NCBI GenBank assembly: GCA_044892525.1
Contig: CM097885.1
Location: 51,214,001 to 51,278,000 of the forward strand
DNA: 64,000 nucleotides
Reading direction: 5' to 3'
Source of the DNA: Schmidtea polychroa
Lineage: Eukaryota
This document shows, piece by piece, positions 13,344-26,596 of this stretch. The notes beneath the pieces are model-generated. The model was not told the origin of the DNA and did not search any database. It was given only the letters and a program-made list of their open reading frames with translations. The number at the start of each line of letters is the position of its first letter. Positions within the stretch are counted from its first letter, which is position 1. The translations under genes were made by a program, and so were the position numbers.

Positions 13344-13582
13344 CAGTGGCCTGCGGTGGGTTTTCATGCAGGGTGTGCAGAGAACAACAACAATAATAAT
13401 AAAAAACCATAAAAATGTACATTAAAGACGCCTTTAACTTAATATTATTTATTTGTACTCAAAATCCATACGTCGATTCGTATTACTAACAAAATCTGCA
13501 TTATATGCAGAAAATTATTATCTTTCATAATTTTGCCAGGGTGTGCAGTGCACACCCTGCACATATGGACCACACGCCACTG
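13344..13582. mobile_element. hAT-type MITE
   Basis: TIR CAGTGGC / GCCACTG, perfect 8-bp TSD CCTTTCAC, CAGGGTGTGCAG subterminal repeats. Confidence 0.9.
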
Positions 13583-15975
13583 CCTTTCACTGTTTAATGA
13601 AATCTCAATTTGTTTGCAAATAATAATATATTTTACGTATGTGTGATTGTCAGAGTGTGATATATTCCTAATATTTATAGAATCTGTTATATTTGCAAAT
13701 ATAACTTCAATTTTAAAACGATAAAATCTAATTAATAAAACTTTTCAACCAAATCTCTTAATATGTTTATACGGTATAATAAATATTCCTATTTTCGAAT
13801 TTAGAGCATTTGCTAAATTTAAAATTAATTACCATAAAAACTTTCAATATTTATTTTTAAATACTTTATTTCAAATTTTTTGTCTCAAATTTTCATTTCG
13901 TTTTCGAAAATGTACCTCAAATTAATTTTCAAGATTACATTTCAAATAAATTCAAATGAAAACATTCATATTTTTATTAAAGTTCTTTGATAAAATTTTT
14001 AATATAAAAGATTTATGAAAAATATATTAAAAATGATTCATTTTAAATAGATAAAAGAAAAATGAAAGGACTGTTCTCAAAACTCTGAAAGTCTGTTGAA
14101 CATTTTTATTGGTTTAAAAATTCTTTAAAGAGTTAGAAATAATTCCTGTCTATTTCATGATAGGATTCTTTTGAAGAGAAATTAAAAATTAAATTATAAA
14201 TAAATTCATTATCATATAAATTTACAAGTCTCAATAAATTGAACGTTTTAATTTACGTTTTAATTTAATAATTATTATATTTCTTAACTGAATTACTCCT
14301 TAAAGTAAAAATAAATAATAAATAAGACATTTTTTATTAGCATTTATTAAGTGTATCTAGTTTAAAAATTGTTTTTCACTTGGTATATCAAGCTTAAACC
14401 ATTTCCAAGAAAATTCCGACTTTATGTCATATCATGAAACCTGTTATTTCAGATTATATTTTAAATAAATTTCAGTCAACGGAATGAGTTTGTAGAAATA
14501 TTAAAAAGAAATAAAAATAATTAAAGTCTATTATGAAAGTATTAGTTCCAAGACAATAGAAATACAGACAGACAAATCATTTATAGTTTTAATTATTGTA
14601 AATAATAAAATTAAATTATTATATAGTCACTTGGGTGATAATAATAATATTGGTTGATTAGTTTATTTTAAATTAACTAATAATTTCAATTTTGACATAT
14701 TGCTCAAATTTTTGCAATTTTTGGCTCCATTGTTTCTGCCACTGTTGACATGCTATTTGTTCCTAGATATTCTGTTTTGTTTTAATATATCGAGTCATGA
14801 TTATTTGAGTCATTGAAAAATTCAAAAACCTTTCATATACAGCCAAATTCGTGTATTAATAAGTCTAATAACAACATTTATCTTATATTAAATTTTTACG
14901 AAGCACCGGCAAAATTACTATCTAATATATACAAATGAGCTTGCCTAATAGCATGCCCCACAATAACAAGATTTGCTTTATAGTAAAAACTTCGGAATAA
15001 AACATTTAACTTATCAAATTATTCTCCGAACTTATATTTTCCAATGTTTATAATTAACGTGTATTTTCAAAAATAAATATGAGAACTACTATATGAAATA
15101 TTACACTTTTAAAATCGATTTTAAACAAAATATGTTTAAAATTTATAAACAGTTTTTATTTTTAACTGATAAATATTATGAATATTATTAATTAATTAAT
15201 TAAATTTCTTCTTATTAATAAATTAGTTCTATACTTTTAGTTTTATGGAAAGTTTAATGTCGTCTTATAGTCACTTGGTAAAACAATAATTTTAAACCAA
15301 TTCGCCTCCTCATAATTGAGTTCTACCTTCTTTTTAATGTACAAGGAGCTTTATTACTAAAGAATATATATAACTAAAAATTGGTTCAAATGAATGTCGG
15401 AAATTTTATTATTGAGTTATAAACAAATGTAATAAATAATTAATAAGAAATAAGAAACCTTTTAAATATAAAATTGAGAGGTTAAACCTTTGCATAAAAT
15501 GCAGTGAAAAATTCAATTAGTTTCAGCTGATATATAATAATAATAATCCCAAATAAAATTACAATGAGTATTATAGTTTAATGACTAATGTTATTGTGAG
15601 ATGTTTTCAGCTGAGAGTTAAATATTTCAATGGTTTATCAAAATAATTTTAAATTGTAAATAATTGATTATTAAAATAAATTTTAAATAATTTTTAAATT
15701 GGATTTTTTAAGTTGAAATTTTTGAATTAAAAATTAAAATAGCTTTTTAAAAAAAGAAGTTTTATTAATGAAAAATTTTTAAATAAATATGTTTTAAATA
15801 TTGAAATATTTTGATAAATGGTTTTGAAAATATATTATTCAACGCTGAAAATTTGTTTAAAATTATACAATATGTCATATAATAAATACTTGGAATTATG
15901 TCGTTAACTTTTGAACCGGATTTAAAAAATAATTTAGAAGATGTGTTAGCAGCTTCTAATATGTCGACCGTGTCT

Positions 15976-17431
15976 ATGGATTTCTTCATAAAGAAGTTAT
16001 TCCCAAATGATTATCATATAGGAGATGATGTTTAAACATTCATTAAAGAATGTGATAGATATTTTAAAATGGTACAAATGCCTACTTCAAGACAAGAAGT
16101 GATGATCGAATTACTGATCGACAAACAGATCAGAGAGATATATACAAGAGTTGACCAAAATATCAAATGTTATAAGGAAAGGTTGCGAAAGGCATTCGTC
16201 AAAAAAACAAGTTTGGCAGAGGATTTACAATCTGCTGTCTTATAGACAGACTAGTGAAGAGCCCGATAAATATTTTACTATCATAGACGAGTTAGCCTAT
16301 AAAATATTGATGCATGAGTTAAACAAGGAAAGTTTAATAGAATATCTGCTGGTACACTGCAGCCGAGAAGACTTTGAAACGAGAATTGTGTCTAAGTGAC
16401 ACTAAAGGAACGACGGAAGTGAAGAAAAAATCAAGAAGTTACATGAATCTCGTATAGTTGCAGAAGAGATCTATGCAGTGAGAGAAAGAAGGACAGAACA
16501 GAATATAACAAGAAATTACAGAGACGCGGTTACAAATCAAGCGAGAAATATTGTATCACCAAGATATAATAGCGAGCCGTGAGAGTATCGAGAAGAAAGA
16601 CCGAACAGAAATAAGAACGAATGCTGGACATGTCACAAGATAGGAAATTTGAGTAGAGATTGCATAACAAAGAAGGCAGTTACATGTTTTACATGTGGAA
16701 GACAAGGACATGCAAGTAGTCAGTGTCCATAGATGCTGAGAAAGGTAGTCGAATATTATGCGTGTGGTACTCCGTGACACGTGAGAAGAGATTGTAAAAA
16801 AATAAGGTGTACGAGGTGTAGCATCGGAGGTCATAAAGAGGCAGATTGTTACACAAATTTGGAGAGAATGAGTTATCGGAGAATCAATGAGAATTTTGGA
16901 AGACAACAAGGACGATACGAAGCAGGGAATGGTTATCAAGGAACGAGAAAGGAAACAAGACAAGCAGACAAGAGATACGTAGCATTCATAGACGAACCAA
17001 GTGATGAAAGAATAGAAGATAAATACAGAGAATACCCAATTATCAACGCCCCGATAGAAGAGGAGATAGTCAGGGCAGTGTATTAAACAGTGATGCTGAC
17101 TCCCAAATTATTAATTATTATAATAAAAGCAAAAATATCATGTGTTATAGAAAAATATGTGAAAGATACAGAGGTAACGGAAGAGGAAAACAATGTAATA
17201 AGGAAAGTAAACAGATTCATAAAAAAGGATTTTGCAGAAAGAGAAAGAGAAAATATACAAATACTCACCTTAGATGAATGGAAAAATGATATTATTAGTT
17301 ATGATAAAATGCAAGGCGGACCAAGTGTAACTATTAGAATACAAGACCAGAAGATGGAATGCTTGCTCGATACAGGAGCTACAGTAAATGTCATGAGTTG
17401 GAGGAAATTTGAGAAACCTAAAGATGTAGAA
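15976..17431 (+). pseudogene. Degenerate Ty3/gypsy gag-protease fragment related to the element at 1-4619
   Basis: Broken gag (CTRCSIGGHKEADCYTNLER...AVY*) and SYDKMQGGPS...MECLLDTGA match the first element. Multiple stops and frameshifts; truncated at 17431. Confidence 0.88.
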
Positions 17432-17480
17432 CCAGAGCCGTAGCTAGGAGGTGGCGAATGGGTCGACCGCCTGAGCGTGA
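17432..17480. mobile_element. Single hAT-like terminus truncating the gypsy fragment
   Basis: CAGAGCCGTAGCTAGG resembles the other CAG(T/G)GGCGTAGCTAG termini in the window. Partner end not found. Confidence 0.55.
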
Positions 17481-18405
17481 GTCGAAGGGCGCCAAAAATG
17501 TGAAATGATAATTTAATTTTTTTTTGCTTTTCTTTCTTTTTTTCATATTAAATTTAAACTTTTCAATTTCGGCGAATTTACTTTTATAAATCTGTTCAAA
17601 AATCTTCTTTTCTATTCGAGGGAAATTTCCGACGATTGATATCAAATTTCAGAATATAGTAGAATAAATTTATTTTTGATTGTGGAATTGTGATAAGCTT
17701 TTAACTTTCAGTTTTTTTATTATTGATTTTTTTATTTGTCGCCGATATTTGTATAGCGATAATTTACCATAGTAATTTATCGCTATATGGTCCCTTTATT
17801 CCTTTTTCAAGCGCGACATACGCTCAACGAAATAGTAAGGCGTCGCGTAACCTTGTTTGAAAAGAAATAAAATATATAACTATACATTACAGTTACAATC
17901 AACACTCGGTCCACACAGTCTAACAATACTGAAATTAGAAAATACTTTTGCCATAACAAATAATAAAGGATTTTACTGATATTCCTTGTTATGAAAAAAC
18001 ATTATGAAAAATAATATTAAGTAAAAAATTAACGAAAAAATGAGGAATTTTAGGGGTGGTTTATAGTTTTGAAATCCACCTGACTGAATAAAGGATCTAC
18101 TGAAAATTTGTCGTTTTTCGTCGAGTTGTTATTGCTATTTTATCAAAAGCTTAAATTTTTTATCAATTGTGAAAAATAAACTTTAATGATAAATTTATGA
18201 TAGCTTATATTTTCATGGTTTCTTATTATTTGGTGTAATAATTTACTATTTTGGATTGCCCATCATTAGAAGATTGAAGCTAACGTTTTGGGAAAGGACA
18301 TTATTATGTTAATTAATAAAATCTTAGATTATTTCAATATGAATTCAATAATTTAAGTAAATACACTAATTAACATTTTTCAACCGATTATTCTGGTTTA
18401 TTTAA

Positions 18406-18638
18406 CCGTTTACGGACGGAATTAATTTTAATAAGTAGTATACAAAATATACGAAATCTTTTAGTATACGAATGCCCGACATCGTGGTATGATTTTCTTT
18501 TAAGTTTGGCCAGCACAGCTGGGCAATATACATTGTTGAACGTGAGGAATAACATTCATGACCAGCAGTACTGGTCTACTGTCCGCTATCATATAAGCCA
18601 TTTAAAGCCAGCACTGCTGGCCTACCGTCCGCAAACGG
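18406..18638. mobile_element. piggyBac-type MITE
   Basis: TTAA|CCGTTTACGGACGG ... CCGTCCGCAAACGG|TTAA, with palindromic CCAGCA(C/G)T(G/A)CTGG subterminal repeats. Confidence 0.88.
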
Positions 18639-19006
18639 TTAATATCAAAAACAATTCTTCAAAAATTGACTCGAGTCAAGAAGTTTATTTATTAAATAAA
18701 AATAATTGTTAACTATTTTTAAAATAAGTTTTATCCCAATTTGATCTCTAAACTTAAAATTCTGTTTTTCATTTTAAGATAAATTTATGTTTATAAAACA
18801 ATGAAAATATTCCATCTATTTAAAAAAATTAAAATCACTTAAAATTGAAAATTTTCTAAATATTAATTATTTTAAAAATCACTCCAGAAATAATTTCATC
18901 TTTATGACATTTTTTAAGATGTTAGATAAAAAAATAGTTGTTTAAATTGTTACAAATAATTGAATTGTTTTAAATAATGCTCTGAATAACTAAATCAGTA
19001 GAATTA

Positions 19007-21287
19007 CAGTAGTCTCCCGCTTAATTGCGCACCCAATTAGTTGCGCATCCCGGTTAATTGCGCATTTAGGCTCAAAATATTTGTGTTTCAATTTTTACTG
19101 AGTTTTTTGTTTAAAGTGTAATTCTATCAAAAACTGTAACACTATTTTTTTCTGTGAATAGTTAAAAACTAGTTTTTATCATTAATATTTTGAGGAAACG
19201 ATATATCAGGATAAATAGATAAATAACTTTATACATTTTTGCAATAATCAGAGGTTGCTTTGATTTTTTTCAGAAAAAATATTAATAGTCATTAACAGTA
19301 AATGATAAATCTTATTTTAAACAGAAAAATTATTAGTTTTAACGATTAATCATTCAATTCTCTGTAAAAAACATTCATAATAAAAATTTAAAGTTTAGTC
19401 GTCATTTATAAATTCTTCTCTTCCTGATGCCTAAAGGCAAAGGAAAAAGATTATCAGAAAATCAGAGAATCGAAATAATAGCTAAGATTACAAAACGTGA
19501 TGCGCCAAGTAAACGAACGATTGCAAGGGAATATAATGTTACTGAAAATTCAATTCGATCTCTCTGGAATAAGCGAAATGCAATAGAAAAAAGAAGTTTA
19601 CTTATGACTGAAGAAGCTAGGAAAAACGTGTTTCGATCATCTTCTGGAAAATTTGAGGCAATAGTAAATGAGCTTTATATTTGGATAGATGCATTGCGTC
19701 GTTCGAAGATTGAAGTGCCTCCATCGTTAGCAATTATGAAAGCAAAAGAAATAGCGAAAAACTTAAATATAAAAGAAGAAGACTTTAAAGCTTCATGGCA
19801 ATGGCTAGCAAACTTTCATCGTCGTCGAGGCTTAACATCAATGCATCTTTTTGGAGAAGGAGCTGAAGTTGACAAGGACGATCCTATTCTTCTTCAACAA
19901 CTTGAGGATCTATACTCAGTTATTAAAATCTACAGACCCGAGAATGTTTATAATATGGACGAAACTGGACTTTTCTTTCGCTTGCTACCTAGATATTCCC
20001 TGTTAATGCCTACAGAAAGTTTAGAAACTACAAGAGGAAAAAAAATCAAAAGAAAGAGTTACTTTAGTTGTTTGCTCTAACGCAACAGGATCTCATAAAA
20101 TACCCTGTACTATGATTGGAAAAGCTGCACGACCAGCTTGTATAGTTGGTAGAACATGACCTATACCTTATTTTTGTCAGAAAAATGCATGGATGGATGT
20201 CTCTATATGTTGGAAATGGTTCAATGAAGTATTTTATCCTGACGTTAAACAAAAAACTGGTTTGCCTGTGCTTTTATTATTAGACAATGCTCCGAGACAT
20301 TTTGAGGCGTTTGAGCGAAATCTTGTAAAAGTTGTTTTCTTCCCTCCAAATTGCACAAGTTGGAAGCAACCTTGTGATATGGGGATTATTGCCGCTCTCA
20401 AAAAGCGATATAAATATCTATATCTTTCAGACATATTGTCATATTACAGTCTCGATGAAAATACAAAAGAATGTCTGAAAGAAAGTAGTCTTTTGTGCAA
20501 GAGAGGTGCAGCTGGAGTTGAATACGGGAAACCTGCACATCTTCTTGACGCTGCTAAGTATGTTGAATTGGCTTGGAAATCGATTCAACCTTCATCACTA
20601 AAAAATTGTTTCGACAAAGCAGAAATATTTCAGAAATCCAGTTCCCTTGACTCTGAAGAATGCTCTGAGGATACTAACTTAGAATCTTTTAATATGCTCT
20701 TGCTGCTGAAGGAAATTAGTGGAATGTGGAAGATGATTAGTTCAGAAGATATAAGCAATTTTGAATCAATTGACTCTGAAGACTCTCTAATATATATTGA
20801 AGCAATCAAGGAAGACATTGAAGATTGTTTGTCGCTTGAAAAAGCTAACGATAATGTAGTTGCTATGGATAACAATTGCGATGAAGAAGAAGCTTATACT
20901 ATTGAAATAGACGATTGTATAGACGTCTTAGGTTTTGAGTTTATACATTTATCTCTAATAGATATTGGCAAGCAATTAAAATGCCAAAAAGCTAAAGCAA
21001 TTTTAAAAGACGAAAATGATAAATTAATGAATAGCTACGAACAATTTTCATCAAACATACGGTCAGTAATTATGAAAATTAAACGCGAAAAGCAGCAGAA
21101 TGCATATCAACCTACAATTCATGACTTTTTCTGATGTTCATAATAAAACTTTTATTAAAGATATGTTTATATAGTTAATAATTAAATTTGCTTATATTTT
21201 TCATATTTTTTTCTTATTTGCGCACTCCTAGTTAATTGCGCACTGCAGTGCCTGTTTCAATTTGCGCAATTAAGCGAGAGACTACTG
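19007..21287 (+). mobile_element. Full-length pogo/Tigger DNA transposon
   Basis: 25-bp TIRs CAGTAGTCTC(C/T)CGCTTAATTGCGCA (24 of 25 match), TA TSD, internal transposase. Confidence 0.95.
19427..21134 (+). pseudogene. Tigger/CENP-B-like transposase, inactivated
   Basis: HTH domains, FKASWQWLANF, YNMDETGLF, LLLLDNA, QPCDMGII. Frameshift in the A-run near 20040 and in-frame TGA at 20157-20159. Confidence 0.92.
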
Positions 21288-22059
21288 TATATTGACATTA
21301 TAATATTACAATAAAGTAAAAATAAAAAAATGAATGTTTTTCCCATAAAAATTTAATAAAATGGAATAATTTCATTATTTTAATTAATTAATTATAACGC
21401 AGCCTAACGTTACAGCACTACATTCAATTCATTTACTGCAAAAGAAGTTAGAAAAGCTCGAAGAGATTGCAGATTCGATTCTCAACGAAATAGCTGTGCA
21501 AAGAAGTCGTCAAATAGATTCAAAAGAAATGACTGAGTATTTGATTTGGAAGCATTTCTTTTTTATCAGATGCATTTTATGCTTTCTACTGTTTGTTTCA
21601 ATTACCCAAATTATATTTTTAAAATATTTTTTTAAAAAAAGAAAACTCATTTGATAAGTATTTAAACTTAAATTTTATCTTTTTTGCTGGTTGTGGAAAT
21701 AAATAAAAATGTTGTATGTGAAATTCAATTAAATTGTTTACCAGTGATATCAAGTGTTTTAATAAATAATTTAATTTTTTTACTAAATTATAATCGTTTC
21801 ATTTATTATTTTGCTAAATATATTCTTCTATTATACAAGAAACTCTTCGTGGAGTTGAGAGTCTTGATGTAATTCTGAATATGTGAAACAACATCTCTTT
21901 CAAGGATGGTTAATAGGACTCAAAACTCATCGAGGCAAAGCCTTTCAGCATCTGTTGAAAGATGTTTAATTACTTATCCATTTGGTCAGACTATTTCTGG
22001 AGGTGCATTTTTAAGATTCGATTCAGGAACTCGTGATTCTCATGAAGTGCTTATTTAAT

Positions 22060-22683
22060 ATTCTGTCACTTAGCTACGGTGGTTATCTTGTAGTTATCAG
22101 ATATTCGGAACTTTTGATATCGTTCCAAAATGTTTTTTTCTAATTATATACTCTATATGATGATATTCTTCGATATACTTTTCTGTGTCTCTATAATTTA
22201 TGCATGTCCAAAAATCAGTCTGTTTATGAAAAGACCTATACTCACTTAATAGAAGCTTCTGCGAACCTAGATATGATTCTTATGCCAGAAAGTATAATGG
22301 TAGATTTTGAAATTGCTGCAATTAATAAATTTCCAAATAAGTTTCTGCAATTTATTATTAAAGACTGTTTGTTCCATTTTAATCAATCCTTATGGAGAAC
22401 CGATAAGGGTTGTGGATTATCAATAAGGTATCGTGAAGCACAAAACACAGATTGGCAATGTTTAATTGTTTTATTCATACATATACAATTTATTCCAGAA
22501 GAGGACATATTAAAATATTTCAAGAACTTAGAAGAGAATTGCTCACCTGAAATGAGAAGAAAGTATATGGAACCTTTTAAACATAATAACAAATGGGTTG
22601 ATGTTATACCAATGTTTAGTCATACAACCTGGAATTGCTTTAACTCGGCGTTTTGGATTACTTATAGTGGATTACTTACATAA
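22060..22683 (+). pseudogene. MULE (Mutator-like) transposase fragment
   Basis: PESIMVDFEIAAIN...CLFHFNQSLWR matches the MULE D..CxxH region. Confidence 0.82.
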
Positions 22684-22697
22684 AACTGTGATTAATC

Positions 22698-23614
22698 CTT
22701 TTAATGCATTATTTTTAATTTTATTTACTTTAATCTGAATTATAACAATGTCATGCGATCTGTACGTTATTATAAACTCAGTTACACAAAGGCAGGAACT
22801 TTGGTTACTAAAACTAAACTGAATAATATTTTTAATTTCATGTTGGTTTGCACTTTAACTAAGCCAAGAAATAAGGTGCTCAAGATTAAAATTTATTATT
22901 AATTATATTTTTGTTCAGCCAAAGCAATACGACGACTTTGTCGTTGGTATAAATGTTGAAGGAAGTGATGGATTTTGCTTTGAATGGATTTCAACATTCA
23001 ATATCATTTTACAAAAGGAGATATCAACATGTTACATAATGGTCAGTTATTTTAATTTATATAGACTCTGGATTATTAATCTTTGTTCATAAAAATAATT
23101 ATAATATTTTCTGATTTAGTGAAAGAATTTCTATAAAATAGAATTTTATTTAAGATTATTCAGATTAATTATTAATAATTTATTCTCTATTAATAAAAAT
23201 AAAATAAAAATAATTACTTAAATCTAAATATTCAAAATTAGATTGACTGGTTTTATTATTAATATACTCATATTTTTAATTAAGAATAATTATATATAAA
23301 CATTTAATTCTCCTAATGAAATTTCTCAAAATCGAGACCTGGTTGAATTTATGATTCTAAATTTAACCCATTATAAGTTAGTGTCCAATTTATAGAACAC
23401 CGAGTATTTTATTTTTTTCAACCCTTAACATTGGTTCAAATTAAATGAAAAATTTACTATATATATTTTAAGGTGTATTAAACTAAATTATAATTATTGT
23501 TGCATTATATTACCAATACAATTTTAATAAAAAAATTTAAGCATTGTATAAATTTTCATACTTTGTTTCGAATTATAACTCAATCATAAAAACTCCATAT
23601 CGTCACTTTTTTAT
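22698..23614 (+). repeat. ~0.9-kb direct duplication, copy 1 (copy 2 at 31101-31999)
   Basis: Near-identical over its length; includes the left end of a piggyBac (TTAA|CCCATTA at 23363-23373). Confidence 0.95.
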
Positions 23615-24560
23615 AATAATTACGTGGTCGAAGGTCGGCAGTCTCACTTCCAAGGTACTATTTAATCAACCACGCAAGTATTTGGAAGTTTGAAGGATGA
23701 AGGGGACAGTAAGATATCAATAGAACAATTGCTTGGATGACACAGTCTGATTAGACATCCAATAATGAAAGCTTATTTAATATACAACTCTCGAAAAAGT
23801 GAGATCGTGTGATCCTATAGCCATTATAAAGAGAATGGCGAAACAAATTTTTATTTGGACAGAATTAGTAGATTGCTAAAAATATTAATTCCGCATACAT
23901 TTCAGAACAAGATAAGCAAGAGTGTAATAATAATTAAAAATTCTGTTGTTTTCTTTGAGTTTTATAGACTTATGGAACAGATATAAAGTAAATTCAGAGT
24001 CTTTAGAATTGTAAAAAATTGTGTTTCATTATTTCAAAGTTTGAATTTATAATAATATAAATAATATTGTATTTTTTCAACAAACAATATAATTTTTAAA
24101 ATAAAATAATAAAAGTATGTTATTTATTTTATGTCCCTAAGGCAGGAATTTCCAAACAGTGTTCTACGAGAATTTTACAAGTGATCCATCGAATATGAAA
24201 CATTGTCTATAATTTCCGTTATCGTCACTCGATTCAAACAACACATATATTGCATTGAATCATAATACTATCAAAATATGTCTAAAACCTCTATTTTATA
24301 CAATGCAAACGAAAATAGATATATGATATTATATATCACATAACGTACATTACAAACTTACTAAGACAGATTTAGAAAAAAATATTTAGGCGGAAAGTTT
24401 ACTTTATTATGCTAAGCACCGATTTTCTCTTCTATCAAAATTGATATATTAATTTTAAACTTAATTTACACAATTCAAACAAACATTAATACAATACAAA
24501 ATTTAATATTTGAATAAATTTAATAAATAAAATAATTGGCAAAGAAGTTAATAGATTTTC

Positions 24561-25031
24561 GGCGCACTGTCCAAAGGGCACAAGACAAAAGCGCGCCGAC
24601 AAAATCTTGCAGATAAATGCGCGCAATAACAAATGCGCGTGTAATAACACAAGCGCACGAAATAAGCGTACAAGATACGCGCAATATATAATTATAGTCA
24701 AAACACCGGTTTATAACATACGGAACAGTTCCATTTGGAGACTATTTGAGAGGAATTGCATACAATCTTAATTTGTAACTATTATTTAAATCTATGAACG
24801 TTATATTTATTTTTTTTAATGTGAAATTAATGTAAAAAAAAAATAAAAAATTTCATTAGACGCTTTATGGTTGCGCGCTTTTATATATTTATTTTTTTAT
24901 GTGAAATTAATGTGAAAAAAAAATATCATTCAAAATTTTACTTCATTGCATTGCGCACTTTTGTTGTTAAGCGTATTTTAAGCGAGCTGTTGTCAGGGCG
25001 CTTTTATCTTGCGCGCTTCGGACGGGTCCCC
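24561..25031. mobile_element. Mutator-type MITE
   Basis: Long imperfect G-starting TIRs rich in GCGCG, 9-bp TSD TAGATTTTC/TAGATTTCC. Confidence 0.8.
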
Positions 25032-25522
25032 TAGATTTCCATAGTAATAATTTATTTAACTCTAATTGTGTGTGTAACATTTCTTAATTTTTACTATTGT
25101 GCTATTAAAAGACACTTGATAAAGGCACTCCTGAAAATTCATATTAATTTTAAGACATTGATCTAAAGTCAAAAAAGAATTGAAGATAACAGAAATCGCA
25201 AGAGAAACTGATCAAAAGTAAAAAGTTTAAATGGTTTTTTTATTAAGATATTTTTGTTTTTCGTAAGTATTTTCGTTTTGTAAGTATTTTTAAATTTAAA
25301 TTATAAAAAACAAAAATTTGCAAACGATTGGAAGAACGGTAATTCTTAATTTAAAAATTATTATTTATATGAGTTCGAAATGAAATATTGTTTAGAAAAA
25401 TTAAACGCCATATTTACATTGAACATATTTTAAAGTGATTTGATTGGATAATATTCTGTAGATTTTTTACAAAGCAAGTTTTTCATATTTTATGATTTAA
25501 TTTTAAACTATTTCGTTTTTAT

Positions 25523-26596
25523 ATGCACGTTAATACGTCTCCGTTGTGTGATAATTACACAGAAAACGCAAACTATTCGGATAATTGTCAATATGTTTTT
25601 CTCGAAAATTTTGATAGGAAATACAAGTTGATTCACGGATATTTATCGGCGTCATTATGTGTATTCGGATTAGTAAATAATATAACGAACTCAATTGTAT
25701 TAACAAGAAAGAAAATGAAAAACTATATGAATCAAATTTTGTTGTCAATTGCAATCAGTGATATTATAAAAATGACATTCTATTTTATTTACACAGTCTA
25801 TCTCAACATTTTAACCTCACCAATGCCGTGCGATTATCCCCATTCGTATTTCGGTGTTTTGTTTATTCTTTTACACACCTATATCATCATTTGTTGTCAT
25901 ACGATTTCGACGATGTTTATTTTGACCTTGGCAGCCTATCGTTGTAAAATTCTTCATAAATCTAATCACCAATTTTTCAATCAAACCTCTTTGGGAGTAA
26001 AGTTCCCAAGGATATTAATAATAATTACGATTACCATTTTCATTATATCAATTCCTCAGCTTTCCATTTACGACATAAAAGAATTGAAACATTTACATTA
26101 TTGGTTTGAACAAAAATCACAGACCGAATTATTACTCACGATTATTTTTCTAGTTTACGGATGTTTTGTAAAGATTTTTGCCCCAGTAGCTTTATTGATT
26201 ATGAGTATATATGTAATAATTAAATTGAATAAAAGTCAACTGCAGTATCAGAAATTCTTCATTTTAAAACCATTAACTAATGGGAAACAAACTACAAATC
26301 GTTTTAAGAAAAAACGCCTGACGGTCTGTCGGTCGTCTATCATGCTTATTACGATAATTATTTGCTTCATACTTACCGAATTTCCCCAGGGTATAATAAA
26401 CTCTTTAACAGCAGTAGACTCTTGTTTTCGAGATCATGCTTACATCTATTTAGGTGATGTCATGGACTTACTTGTTTTAATTGATTCAAGTATTAACTTT
26501 ATTCTTTACTGTATGATGTCGGAACAGTTTAGAACGATATTTCTGTCTATTATTATTTGTTCAAAAACCCATCAAACCATCGAGTCAAATGATTAA
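25523..26596 (+). CDS. Intronless rhodopsin-family peptide GPCR, myosuppressin receptor (DmsR)/sex-peptide-receptor-like, 357 aa
   Basis: Seven hydrophobic segments; HGYLS..CVFG..N..VLTRKKM, TEFPQGI, GDVMDLLVL..SSINFILYCMMSEQFR; N-terminal N-glycosylation sequons (NTS, NYT, NYS). Confidence 0.92.
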   Translation: MHVNTSPLCDNYTENANYSDNCQYVFLENFDRKYKLIHGYLSASLCVFGLVNNITNSIVLTRKKMKNYMNQILLSIAISDIIKMTFYFIYTVYLNILTSPMPCDYPHSYFGVLFILLHTYIIICCHTISTMFILTLAAYRCKILHKSNHQFFNQTSLGVKFPRILIIITITIFIISIPQLSIYDIKELKHLHYWFEQKSQTELLLTIIFLVYGCFVKIFAPVALLIMSIYVIIKLNKSQLQYQKFFILKPLTNGKQTTNRFKKKRLTVCRSSIMLITIIICFILTEFPQGIINSLTAVDSCFRDHAYIYLGDVMDLLVLIDSSINFILYCMMSEQFRTIFLSIIICSKTHQTIESND

